In this document: positions 44,840-56,880 of the stretch, one piece after another
Position numbering within the stretch: position 1 is the stretch's first letter
How the letters are laid out: each line of letters opens with the position of its first letter
Assembly (NCBI RefSeq): GCF_009914755.1
Contig: NC_060925.1
DNA from: the human T2T-CHM13v2.0 reference genome, Homo sapiens
Reading direction: 5' to 3' (one strand)
DNA length: 64,000 nucleotides
Made by a program: the position numbers and the translations under genes
The notes under the pieces: generated by a model
Told to the model about the DNA's origin: nothing
The model's database searches: none
Seen by the model: the letters and a program-made list of their open reading frames with translations, nothing else

Positions 44840-45580
44840 TGTATCAGGTAGGCATAGGCTTGGCAGCCAACAATAGAGAACTCAAAATAGCAGTGACTTA
44901 AGTAAGCTAGAGGTTTATTTCTTTCATACACAAGAGAAGTGCAGAGCTAGGCAGCCCGGGGCTGGTGTGGTAGGTAGTTCCTGAGTCATGAGGAACCCAG
45001 GCAATGCAAGATGACTGCTTAGAGCACGGACTCCAGAGTCACACTGGCCTGAGTTTTAGTCCTTTCTCAGGCCATGAGATTTTGAGGAAGTTACCTTTCC
45101 TCTCTGCTTCCTCATCTGTAAAATGAGGATAATAAAAGTATCTATCTTTGAGGACTGCTCTGAGGATTAAATGATTTAATAAAGGAAATGCGTTTTGAAC
45201 AGAACCTGGTGCAAAATGGTGCCATATATATTTTAATATTCCGCTTTTCTGCTCCACATCCTTAGCACATGGCTTTCATTCTCAAGGTCATCTCACGGTC
45301 CAGAATGGCTGCAGGAGCTCCAGCCAACACATCCCAGTTCTGGGCAGCAGAAATAAGAAAGGGAGAGAAGGACAAAGGCCCCTCCCTTCAGCTGAGTCAG
45401 TTTCCTTTAAACAGCTTTTCAGAAGTCTCACATTTCACTTCTGTTTAGACATCACTGCCAGAACTTAATTGCATGGCCTCCTGTTTCACAAAGGCTTGGA
45501 ATCATGGTCTTTTAGCTAGATTCTCTTAGAAAGAAAGAATGGAGATGGATTTTGATTGGCAATTTGCAGTCACTGCCACA
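44840..45580 (-). mobile_element. MLT1J-type MaLR LTR interrupted by a MIR (~45010-45235)
   Basis: 'TGTATCAGGTAGG...CAGTGACTTAAGTAAGCTAGAGGTTTATTTCT', 'AATGGCTGCAGGAGCTCCAGCC', end 'CTGCCACA'. Confidence 0.75.
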
Positions 45581-46646
45581 GGAAATAATAGATAAGCTCT
45601 AATAGTTGGGCTCCACCTTAGGGGTTTAGGGTGAGGTCGCAGGAGATGAGGCTCAGACAAAATTGTGGCTAGCCTTGTCTGCCATATCAGAGATGCGAGG
45701 GATCTCAACCTCAGTAGGGAACTGAGCTTGGAGCTATTTTCTGGCAAGTCATCAGAATACAGGTAGTATTTGGAGCAATGGGGGAGTTGAAGATCCCTTA
45801 AGTATCACAGGCAGGAGTGAGAAGAGAGATGAGGAAAGAGGTGTATTCAGGTTCTAACATCACAGAGTGCCTGCCTAGGGGCAGGGATTCAATTTCTGAT
45901 TGGTGAAGGGCAAGTATGTGAAAAAGGTGCCATCCTTTGAAAACTGTCTCCCCACATCTTACAGTACTGCTGCTGCTTTTTTTTCCTCTTACAACAATTG
46001 TGAAATCTTTTAACAGATTTTCATCAGTCTTAATATTGACATGCAATATATTACTTTAAAAAATGAAAGGTGCTACTTTTCAGGAATATTCTCTCTTGCA
46101 CTTCCCTCACTCCCAATGAAGACAGAAGCTTGGAGAACACCAGCATCTAGAGGAGAGGAAAAAGAGGGGTTAATGCATGTGGTTAGGACTCTGAGCACTC
46201 AGCTTACTGGTTATGTTTACAGAAAACACCTGTATTCTGCACAAGTTTGCTAAGCATGGGGGTGGAATGGGCCAGGTATGCCCGCATTCATCCTAGCTGT
46301 GGTTGATGGCAGAGTGGTCATCCAGTTGGAGACCCTCTGGAAACCAGGCCTACATTTGATGCTCTACTTTTATGCTCAGGGTCCTAGGACCCTCCCCATT
46401 CTTTGAGAAGTAGCAATCACTTACTGACAACACTGGCAGCTTCTCTGCTGAGCCCTTTGTAGGATAAAAGGTCGGGTCAACTTTTCTCCAGGAGCTGAAA
46501 TTCTTTGTCCTCAGAGCACTGCTCCTGACCTGGCATCCCCTGCTGCCTTCACCCAGGACAGCAGACAGACTAGCCAGGATGATGCAAGCAGGGTATCCAA
46601 GCTACATTTAAGTTCAGGGAGATGGAGATACATCAAGGAGATGGAG

Positions 46647-47207
46647 TGTATTCATTGTCTATTGCCGCATATCTATTTACCCCCAAATTGAGTAGCTTAA
46701 GATAAAAATAAGGAACATACATAATAAAAAATAAATAAACACAGTGTGTGGGGGTCAGGAATCTAGGAGAGGCTTGGCAGGGCAGTTCAGGCTTGTAGTG
46801 TCTCAGGAGATTGCACTCCAGGTGTAGGCTGGGCTGCAGTCATCTGAAGGCTTGATTGGGGCTGGAGGAGCCACTTCCAAGGTGGCTTACTTATATAATG
46901 GGCGTGATGGTGCTGGCTGTTGGCAAGGAGACCCAGTTCCTCTCCTCATGGACCTCTTCGGAGGATGCTTGAGTGTCCTCATGACATGGTCACTGGCTTC
47001 CCCCAGGGTGAGAGACCCAGGAGAAAGAGATTCAGGCAGAGGCTATCCTTTTTATGATCTAGCCTCAGAAGTCACATGGCTTCACTTCCACCACATTCTA
47101 TTCTTTAGAGAGAAGTCTGGCTCACATTCAAGGGGAGGAGAATAGGCTGCACCTTTTAAAGAAAAATGTATTTTAAAAGTTTGCAGAAAAATGTAAAAAC
47201 CATAATA
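46647..47207 (-). mobile_element. MLT1F/G/H-type MaLR LTR
   Basis: 'GGGTCAGGAATCTAGG...GGGCTGCAGTCATCTGAAGGCTTGATTGGGGCTGGAGGA..ACTTCCAAGGTGGCT...TAGCCTCAGAAGTCACA'. Confidence 0.8.
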
Positions 47208-48359
47208 TAGGGATTGGACCTTGGGAAGCCTGAGATGAAGCAGGCCAGAGGTAGAATCAGAAAGGAGACTTACAAACTTCACCCTCAAGCCTCTAGGACT
47301 TTAAAGACAACGGTGGAAAATTATGTTGGGTTGGGTTGTCACTGGAGGATCCTGTGATCTAATACAGAAATTTCCACATGCCAGGTGGCTCTGATGTTGT
47401 CTCAGTAAGGCCTCTATTTAGTTAATGCTAATGCTCCAAAGCCCCCAGATTACAAATTGGTATTGCTGTCGAGATCTATTGCTTTCTTACTAGAAGGTGG
47501 CTTCTTCTGGTATGGAAAGGGAAACTAAAGCCTGGAGAGGTTAAGCAATTTGACTTCTAGTCCTTTATTGAGGCACAGGCAGTGGTGGGGAGGGTCCTGA
47601 GTCAGGCAGTCTAACCACTGACCTCTATACCCCATCTCTCCAAACCACAGTATCTCTCTCCTGATGCTCTGAGAAGCTAGCATTTGTGGGAAACTTCCAA
47701 TATGCCCACAGTGTGCTGAGTGCTTTTATGTCATTTTATTCTCCTAACCACCCACTATGGTAGGTATGGAATCCCCCATTTTACTGATGAGGAAACTGAG
47801 GCAATGTATAACAGGTATAAGTAGCCCAAGGTTATTCAGGCACTAATGTGTAAGGCTGTGATTCTAAGGCAGACTGACTGACTACAAAGCTAATGTTCTT
47901 AATCCCTAGATGCTCCCACCTTCCAAATGTCCTGGCTCCTAGAATTACATCTGTTCTACTCCCTCCATGGCTCCATGGAACCTGGACATCTCAATTTCCT
48001 CCCCAAAAGCTGGAGTTCTCCAAGATGCAGAAGCCAGAGGGCTGATGTTCCTGTGCAGGAAGAAGCAACGCCCAGGCCCACTGCCCCCACTCTCTCAGCA
48101 GATTCTCATTTTCAGAATCCTGGAAACCAGAGCTAGAAATCTGCCTCCCTCTGTTTACCCTGAGTTCCAATGTCACCAACCCCCTTAATTAATGCTAGGG
48201 TGCTGGGTCATGCATAGCACGGTCAGCTTGGTCTCCAGTTCTGGCAGCAGCTGCAGCCAAGGTCAAGAACAACGGGGGCTGGGTTAGCTCTTACTCATCC
48301 ACCTAAATGCCACTGCCCACGCTCTCCGCTCTCGCCCCTCCCGCTGAGCAGTGGCTGCC

Positions 48360-48415
48360 AGGGCGGCAGGAAGTCCTTCTTCCTGGGCCTGGCGCCCTCC
48401 AGCGGTGGGCGCAGA
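48360..48415 (-). promoter_or_regulatory. Candidate CTCF site with adjacent ETS and GC-box motifs
   Basis: Minus strand CCGCTGGAGGGCGC (48392-48405) fits the CTCF core; CAGGAAGT at 48367-48374; locally raised CpG. Confidence 0.55.
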
Positions 48416-49085
48416 GCACTAGGCTCCAAAACTAGGAAGCCGGCTCAGCCTGCAGCAGGGCAGCTTGGGCAGCTTCACACCTAAACCAGCCTCTAAACGG
48501 GCGCACCTGGACAAAACCCAGTAATTTAGAAAAGCCTGTGTTTCTAGACATCTCGCACTGCCAGCATTCTCCATGAGAAAGGAGCTAATAGGATCAACTT
48601 TTCCTATACGCTGGAGACTTAATGAGTCCCTCACCGACCCAAGGCTGACCTGTAATCTGACAGATGACCACGAAAAAGAGGCAATTTCAAGCCTAAAGAA
48701 AGGACCCCATTATGTTGACATTTAGGCATGAGTGTGGGTGGCATTGGGGCAGGAGTCCTATGTGCTGCTCAAATCCCACCGTAGAGTCAACTGGCAGTGT
48801 GGCCTCTGTCTGACACAGCTCAGGCTCTCCTGCTCCGAGGGAGTTTAGCAGAAGGTCCCTTACCCCACCCAGTTCTGCAGCCCCTCTGAGAAGTCACATA
48901 GCTGATGCCCATGGGGGCTGGCGGTGTGCCTTCTCACACCTCTCACATTGCCTGTGGTTCCAGGAGCCAGCTGCGTTTAGTCTGATCTCTGTTTGTGCCA
49001 GTTGTACTCTTTTGTAATCACATATTTTTAATTAAATACTATATAACTTGATGAAATACAAGTAAAAAGAATTGTTTCTTTAAAA

Positions 49086-49291
49086 TTTTTTTATTTTAAT
49101 TTTTGTGGCTACATAGTAGGTGTATATATTTATGGGGTACGTGAGATGTTTCGATACAGGCATGCAATGTGGAATAATCGCATCACATAAAATTGGGTAT
49201 CCATCCCCTCAAGCATTTATCCTTTATATCACAGGCAATCCAGTTATACTCTTTTAGTTATTTAAAAATATACAATTAAATAATTACTGAC
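49086..49291 (-). mobile_element. L1MA 3' end (5'-truncated)
   Basis: 'ACATAGTAGGTGTATATATTTATGGGGTACGTGAGATG...CCATCCCCTCAAGCATTTATCCTT'; flanking AAGAATTG. Confidence 0.85.
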
Positions 49292-49491
49292 AAGAATTGG
49301 GTCTATAAAATTAGTCTGAATACTTTGGAAAGAGCCTCTACAGGCAATTTATCTTTAAAAAAAAAGAGTAAAACGTTTTCTATTGAGGTGTGGTTGAATT
49401 GTCTGTAAAAGATTAGTGGGAGTAGCAGTGGGGGAGGGGAATTATAAAAATCCCAAGGACTCTGCATTCAGGTTGCTACACAAGTGTTTTC

Positions 49492-49640
49492 TTTCTTTTA
49501 TATATATATAATACTTTAAGTTCTAGGGTACATGTGCACAACGTGCAGGTTTGTTACATATGTATACATGTGCCATGTTGGTGTGCTGCACCCATTAACT
49601 CGTCATTTACATTAGGTGTATCTCCTAATGCTATCCCTCC
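49492..49640 (-). mobile_element. L1PA (L1PA3/4-like) extreme 3' end, 5'-truncated
   Basis: 'ATACTTTAAGTTCTAGGGTACATGTGCACAACGTGCAGG...CCTAATGCTATCCCTCC'; 16-bp TSD CTACACAAG(T/C)GTTTTC. Confidence 0.93.
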
Positions 49641-51058
49641 CTACACAAGCGTTTTCAAGTTGCTGGGTAGAATAAAAATGAATCTCAGCTGATGTATTAT
49701 GGGTACAGTTTATGAAAGAAAGATGAGGGGAAGGAAAGTGCATCTATACTAACAAAAAGGTCACGGTCTGACATCAAGAAATTAGCAAATGCCCATTTAT
49801 AATTTTCAAGGCAATGTTTAAGGTAGGCAATATTTTTTGCATATGTAGATGGCAGCCTGTGCTTACAGAGCCTAACGAGGGAAGAGGCCACGGCAACCCC
49901 AAAGTCTAATTAGAAAATCAATGCATCCAGCCCTAACTGACAACGCTAATCATCTCTTTGAACTAAAGTGTCCTAGCTGCACTAGAATCATTAGAGCCTG
50001 TCAGCAAAAGATAAGAGTTTAAGATTTCCGCAAGGAAACAGGGTTTTTTACTCAGCAGACCTGGACTTAATCAATATTTCCAATATCATGACCCACGACC
50101 TTCCTCCAATTAACAAATGCTTATGCTTGGTAATAGACTTCACACTCTGGACTCCTGATGGCTTTGCCTGCTGTGAGGCTGCATCCCTCTGGACCTGCAT
50201 GGCCATCTTGGTGCCTACAACTGAGTAGTGCAATGAGGTTGGAAGAAAACTTTACCAGGGAACCTGCTTTTACTGTAAATTCTTGACCACAGCCCTCAGA
50301 TTGGCATCCAATACTGCCTGGTAATTGCATTATGTTTGTTTTCTGGGGAAAAGTTTAGCACTGTAGGAGATGACTATTTGATACCTTTTCTTCTCACTCC
50401 AAGCTTCTCACCTCTGTTCCTTCACTGCTTACTCTCCTGGAACAAGAGAAGCCATCTGACATGCACTGTCTCATCTTTCTCAAACTTTGTCCCTTTTCTC
50501 CACTCTTCGCTTTCTCTTGCCTTTCTGTTACAATCAAGAAAGTGCCATGAGGGCAGGGACCATGTCTGTGTTATCTTCAATACCTAGCCCAGTGCCTGGC
50601 ACTTAGAGGGCTCTCAAAATTGATGAATGAACAATATGGCATCTGCTAATAATATGGCATGACTTATCAGGTCACTCAATTGTTTATGATCTTCGGGAGG
50701 AGAGGAGGGAAGACCATAGCACGTTGACTTCAGTATCCCAGATAATAAATAAAAATGGACTCAGTGCTGTCTTCATCATTTATGGATGCTGTACTCAGCT
50801 CGCCTTTCCAGGCTCACTCAAGCTTTATTTCATCTGTCACTGTGTTTGTGTGTGCTTCTCCCACAAGGCTGTGCTCTGTATGTCTGGATCCTCAGCATGT
50901 AGCAGTACAATGCTTGACACATACAGAGGTGGGGGCTCTGTGAAAGAGAGATGAATTGTTGAGTGTCCCCAAACCCTACAAGTCACTCTGGATTCCTTCT
51001 TTTGCTGCTCTTCTCACGTCCAATCCATGAGCAGACCCATTCACTTTTTATCTCTATG

Positions 51059-51624
51059 CAGGATCAGCACACTTTTTCTTATAGGCATGTGGAACATGGT
51101 CTCCATTGCAACTACTCAGCCCTACCATTATGGTATGAAAGCAGCCACAGACAACGTATCAATGAATGGGCATGGCTGTGTTCCAATAAAGCTCTATTTA
51201 CAAAAACAGGTATGCGGTCCGGCGCAGTGGCTCATGCCTGTAGTTCCAGCTACTCAGGAGGCTGAGGCAGGTGGATGGCTTGAACTCAGGAGTTTGAAAC
51301 CAGCCTGAGCAACATGGTGAAATGCTGTCATTACAAAAAAAAAATAAATAAAGAAACAAAAATAAACAAAGCAAAACAAAACAAAACAAAAAAGCAAAAA
51401 TTAGCCAGATGTGGTTGTGTGAAACTGTAGTCCCAGCTACTCAGGAGGCTGAGGTGGGAGAATTACTTGAACCCAGGAGGTCGAGGTTGTAGTGAGCCAT
51501 GATTGTACCACTGCACTCCAGCCTGATTGACAGGGTGGGGCATTGTCTCAAACAAACAAACAAACACAAAAACAAACAAACAAAACAGGTATGAATGGGA
51601 TTTGGCCCCGTTTGCAGATCCCTG
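51059..51624 (+). mobile_element. MER58A with an AluJ (51216-51581) inserted
   Basis: 'GCAACTACTCAGC...GCAGCCACAGACAA...GGCTGTGTTCCAATAAAGCT'; Alu TSD AAAACAGGTATG. Confidence 0.85.
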
Positions 51625-51869
51625 CTCTATAGTACTGCTTATCTCAAAACTGTTGTTAGCAGAAGAAAATAATTTTGGGAAATGAAGTCATCCTCAGTGT
51701 CTTCATTCTCTCCCAAAAGTAACAGGGGAAGGGTTATTTAGCCTTACATGGTCATGGGTATGTGCTTAAATTTAGAGGGGGATCTTCCCTTCACAGGTCA
51801 AATAAGCTCTTTCCCTGGCCCACGAATAGGTCTCCCATACCCTTCTTCCCTGATGGGCTTATGTATTCT

Positions 51870-52380
51870 AGACACAAAAGTTGGTGCCCAGTATTGCCAC
51901 TTATTAACTGGGTGACCTTCCCTAAGTTGTTCAACCATTAAGATTCTGTCTTGTCTCATTTTCAAAGTTGGAGTAATATTGCTACTTTCCTCATTGAGTT
52001 GTCCCAACAGTTAAGAGTGATCATGCACGTACCTAAAATGCTTAGTACCGTGTCTGGCATAGAGCAAGCACTCCATAGCAGTTGTAGTGGTTATTATTAT
52101 TATCATTACATATTGATATATATTTCTCCATATATAAACACAGCACAGCTCTGTGGTTAAAAGCATGGGCAATTGAGCCAGTCTGCCAAGGTTTGAAACC
52201 CACCACTTATTGATTGTGTGAACTTGGGGAAATTTCTTACTCAGTCTGCACCTCTGTTTATCTAACTTGTAAGGTTGTTATGAAGATTAAATGAGTTATT
52301 GTATATAAAGTGCTTTGAAAAGTACCTGGCAAACGGTAAGCACTGTGAAAGTGTTTGCTATCATCACCATCATCATTAAC
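51870..52380 (+). mobile_element. Two adjacent MIR copies
   Basis: MIR cores 'GCCACTTATTAACTGGGTGACCTT' and 'CCACTTATTGATTGTGTGAACTTGGGGAA'. Confidence 0.7.
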
Positions 52381-52990
52381 ATCAACATCATCACCAGGAC
52401 CAGGACAGAGTCCCAGAATCCCCTGGCCTTCAGCTGCCTTGGGGTCCAGGCATCATGTTAATTGCTCAACTCAAGGCGTTCTAGCATAAAGAGTCAGTGG
52501 ACCCTCCTTCTTGCTTTGACAGCGTCTGAGCTCCCATGCCCTCCTATGCAGAGCAGGATTCAAAAGCTTCTTCCATTTTCCTTTCCATCTCCCGCCAAGA
52601 AAGCCTCTTCTTCTTTCCTGCCTGCTTTAAGCCGGTGGGTAGGGTACCCTCTCTCTCCATGCTTCTCTCCTCCCCTCAACCCTTCCCCCGAGGATATTTG
52701 TGTCCCTGATATTTATTTAGCTCCCATAATCAAACTGCTTGTGCTGTGATGATTGGAGTCATACACACTGAGTAAGAATAGAATTCGGTCATTAGCTTCC
52801 TTGAAGACCTTACTCACTACTACTGCTCACAGCCTGGCGTAGAGAGGATGGGGGATAAGGGGGTGGGGTTCACCCCTCTCCTGAATTCTTCCAGCATCCG
52901 CTGAAGTAGTTTACCCGCCTTGGCATTAAGTACTCAGACAACTGCCTCCTTTGCCCTTTATATCAGATGGACTCCGCTCCTACTGGCCGG

Positions 52991-53011
52991 TCTTTCTTTC
53001 TTCCTTTCTTC

Positions 53012-53052
<41 letters not shown>

Positions 53053-53155
53053 TTCCTTCCTTCCTTCCTTCCTTCCTTCCTTCCTTTCTTTCTTTCTTTC
53101 TTTCCTTCCTTTCTTTCCTTTCTTTCTTTCTTTCTTTCCTTTCTTTGTTTCTTTC

Positions 53156-53207
<52 letters not shown>

Positions 53208-53248
53208 TCCTTCTTTCTTTCCTTTCCTTCCTTTCTTTCTTTCTTTTT
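52991..53248. repeat. ~258-bp (TTTC)n/(TTCC)n pyrimidine STR, tail of the adjacent AluJ
   Basis: Directly visible; nearly pure pyrimidine. Confidence 0.97.
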
Positions 53249-53541
<293 letters not shown>

Positions 53542-54780
53542 TAGAGTCTCCATTGTGAAATCTGTGATACTCCCACTATTCATGGGGGCTGAGCATCTTT
53601 TAAAGGTCAATGGATGCTCTTTAATTTTTGCAGGTTTCTGGAGACATCTCCAAGTGATCCATGTGGCCTGATTAAGGTCAGCATGAGAGCAGTAGTTGGA
53701 CTACTTCAGGCATCGGTGGAAGAAAAAAAAAACAGGATATAACACTGGATACATTCCCATTTTCCATTTTAAAACATTTAATTAGCGAATGGCATGGAAA
53801 ACTCTTCTTCTTAGAAGGTATGAAATACTCCAGTTAGAGAAGAGTTAAAAGAAATACACCTCCATCGCACAAAATGAATGCTCTGTCATTAACAAAACTG
53901 TTATAAATTTCCTTTCTCTGAACAGTTGCTTGTTTATCTCTTCTCCCCACCTCCAGGCAGCCTTGGGCTTTTTCGAAGGTCTAACGCAGTTCGTGTGCAG
54001 TTTCTGCTTAGATTACTGATGTCAATTATCTCCTCAGCACCTCTGCCTCTTTGTTCAGAACTCCAAGTCTCAGAGGTTGGCCCTATTTCCAACTTGCCCC
54101 AAGTAGCTCTGAACTTCTTTCTAAAAGAGGTACTCCTGCCAGTGTCTTCCCTCGGCTCTTTCTCCCTTGCCCACTCAGGTTCTTTCCTTTCAGTAAGAGA
54201 AATCTTCATTTTATCATATGACTTCTGAGGGAATCAGGACTTTCTTCCTTCTGAATAGCCATCAAACAAAACAGAACATGAATTAAACGAGCCTCTTCCC
54301 ACTCGAAGAAGGAGCTGTGTGCTGTAAGAGCAAGAGCTGAGGCTTCTTGGTTAACAGGATGCACGGAGCAAATAGAAAAGAACTTTACCTCCCCAGCCCC
54401 CACCCCTCCCAAACACAAGGGGTCACGGATAAAACAGAACTAAAGAGAATTTGAAGACACAGCCATACTCAAAATTAAGAGAGAGAAGTCCCCAGTGCTT
54501 GAGAAAGAGAGCGAAAACTCAAAGTCAGGGTAGTCAGAGGTTGCTGAATCCAAAATGACTCATGGAATGATCAAATCAACTGGGGCTAGAGTTCCAATAC
54601 CTGACTGGGGAGTGGAGTCTTGGCTGCAGGCCCCATGTGGTGGAGTTGAATGGTCATAAAGGTAAAGATCATGAGAACTGGTGTACCCATGAAACAAGAA
54701 TAAGAAAAACCCCACAGGCCATCTTGGAAGTTGATGAGGAAAGTTTGATGTTCACTGTGGCCATGGGTATATAACAGGTC

Positions 54781-55156
54781 TCTACCAGTCCATTCTTGCA
54801 CAGCTATAAAGAAATACCTGAAACTGGGTAAGTTATAAAGAAAAGAGGTTTAACTGGCTCACAGTTCTGCAGGCTGTGCAGGTAGCGTAGCTGGGGAGGC
54901 CTCAGGAAACTTTCAATCACGGCAGAAAGGGAAAAGGAAGCAGGCATGTCTTCACATGGACGGAGCAGGAGAAACAGAGAATGGAAAGGTGCTACACACT
55001 TCTAAACAACCAGATCTCATGAGAACTCACTCACTATCATGAGAACAGCAAATCTGCCCCTATGATCCAATCACCTTCCACCAGACCTCTCCTCCAACAC
55101 TGGGGGTTACAATTTGACATGAGATTTGGGTGGGGACGCAAATCCAAATTGTATCA
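54781..55156 (-). mobile_element. MSTA-type MaLR solo LTR
   Basis: 'GCTATAAAGAAATACCTGAAACTGGG...GGGGAGGCCTCAGGAAACT...GAGATTTGGGTGGGGACGCAAATCCAAA'. Confidence 0.88.
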
Positions 55157-55379
55157 GGTAATGATAGCCATTATGAATAAATTGGCATCATGAACCAAGT
55201 GATGGGCTTGAGTTCTAAGTTCCTACTACTTACATGGTCAGGAACCTCAGCTGAGAAATCAAAATTTAAACCAGCCAGAAGCATTTGAACCTTGTGGGGC
55301 CCTACAGATGCCTTGTGAGAAGTGGACACTTCTGGACACTTCCAAAGCCCAGGGCACATGGGAATCCCATAGGAGGTAA

Positions 55380-55760
55380 TCTCCACTGAAGAGCTACTCA
55401 CCATCAAATATTATAATCACAGAAGAAAACAAACCATCGAAAGGAATTGTCAGCAGATACATCAAATCCAAGAATTTATACCCCAATATCTAGACATAAT
55501 AAAACCATTTGAAAGAAATTTTAATAAGTACCTTTAAAATGTTAAACTATTAAGGAAGAAAGAAGCACTAAGATGATATGAATAAGACCATACAACAAAA
55601 TATGTAATTGTCAAAAAGAACATATAAAAATTCTGGAAGTAAAAATCCAATAGTGAAAACCTAAAAATTCAATGGGAGGATGAATAGCAGCCTTTTCAAG
55701 GCCAGAGAGAGAATGAGCTACGTTTTTAAAAGACTAGATCTGAGATAACAACCTAAAGTC
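55380..55760 (+). mobile_element. Old L1 ORF1-region fragment
   Basis: A-rich 'AAAAATTCTGGAAGTAAAAAT...AAAAATTCAATGGGAGGATGAATAGCAG...AGAGAGAATGAG' resembles L1M ORF1 coiled-coil DNA. Confidence 0.55.
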
Positions 55761-55989
55761 AGGTTAGGTTAGTTAGGTCAGGAAGACGTGGTATGGGAGA
55801 ATGTTGGCCCTGTTGGAAGCCTTAGAACCCATTTTTCAGGTCCAATAAACCCCCGGGTCTCCTCCTAGTCACTCCTCCTACCTCCTGGTTCACTAGGAAT
55901 GAACTTCCTCATACACATTGATTTATGCATTCGCTCTTTCAATGTATTTTTGCTGAGTATCTACTATTTGTCAAGCACTCAAAAAGCTC

Positions 55990-56170
55990 ACATGGTTTTC
56001 AACAGCGCTAGACATAAGAATCACACTGAATACCTTGCTAAAAAAAATGTGAATTCCCCGAAAGATTCAGATTCAGTGGTAGAGTCCAGGAAAACACATT
56101 TTTAAATTAGCAAGCCAGGTTATTCCGATATGAGCGATTCTTGACTCACACTTTGAGACACATTGGCCTA
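55990..56170. mobile_element. MER5A-like DNA transposon
   Basis: 'TGGTTTTCAAC...AGAATCAC...AGATTCAGATTCAGTGG...CTTTGAGACACATTG'. Confidence 0.6.
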
Positions 56171-56677
56171 GTTCTTCCACAGGCTCAGAGTGGCTCACCA
56201 TTTATTCCCTGTGCCACCAAAGCCTTCATTCTGCTCAGGCTTTCTGTGGAGACTGCAGAGCCGAGAGAGAAGGTGTGGAGTCTGGTGGCCTCATTCTCAG
56301 GATTGTGGGCCTCCTTCCTCTCCCACCTTCCTCCACAGAGGAAATCACAGCTCTGAGTGTCGGTGTGTTTGCAATGAATGGGCCCTAAGACTTTCTATAG
56401 GGCCAGCAGCCACATGCTTTTTCTTTGAGCCTGTTTGGCTGTTTTACTAATGGACTCTGATATTCTTGTCCCCCCTGCTGTTCCCCCTGCTCAGATATAA
56501 TGTCTCCAGCTATGAGTTCTGATGTCCTGCCTTCACTATCCTCAGAGGAGATCATTGATTCTGCTTGGTTTCACTGGACTAGAGAGAGAGGTTGAAGCTA
56601 GGCTTTCTAAGTACAAGAAAGCCCACTGGACCACATGTACGCATGTGTGACAGATTTAACCTGTTTGCAGAGACACT

Positions 56678-56880
56678 GATGCCAGGCAGGCAAGCCCCAA
56701 AGTGGGGCTTAGTCCATGAGGGTTCTTGGCTTTGTCCAGAAAAGAATTCAAGGGCCAGCTGGTGGTAGAAAAAAATAGCTTTATTGAAGAGGTGTTACAA
56801 CTCTGTGACTACTCCTGCAGCATGGAACTACCCCGCAGGCAGTGTACAGAGGGTAGCTCAGGGCAGTTTTGCAGTCCATT
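56678..56880 (-). mobile_element. ERV1 LTR fragment (MER66-like)
   Basis: 'GCAAGCCCCAAAGTGGGGCTTAG...GGGTTCTTGGCTTTG..CAGAAAAGAATTCAAGGG...AGCTTTATTGAAG'. Confidence 0.6.

Larger units (their letters stand above)
48995..49740 (+). mobile_element. Ancient Tigger-like transposase fragment (Tigger13-like), interrupted by two L1 tails
   Basis: Decayed 'AATACTTTGGAAAG', 'CTGTAAAAGATT', 'ATAAAAATCCCAAGGACTCTGCATTCAGGTTGC', 'GATGTATTATGGGTACAGTTTATGAAAGAAAGA'. Confidence 0.55.
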
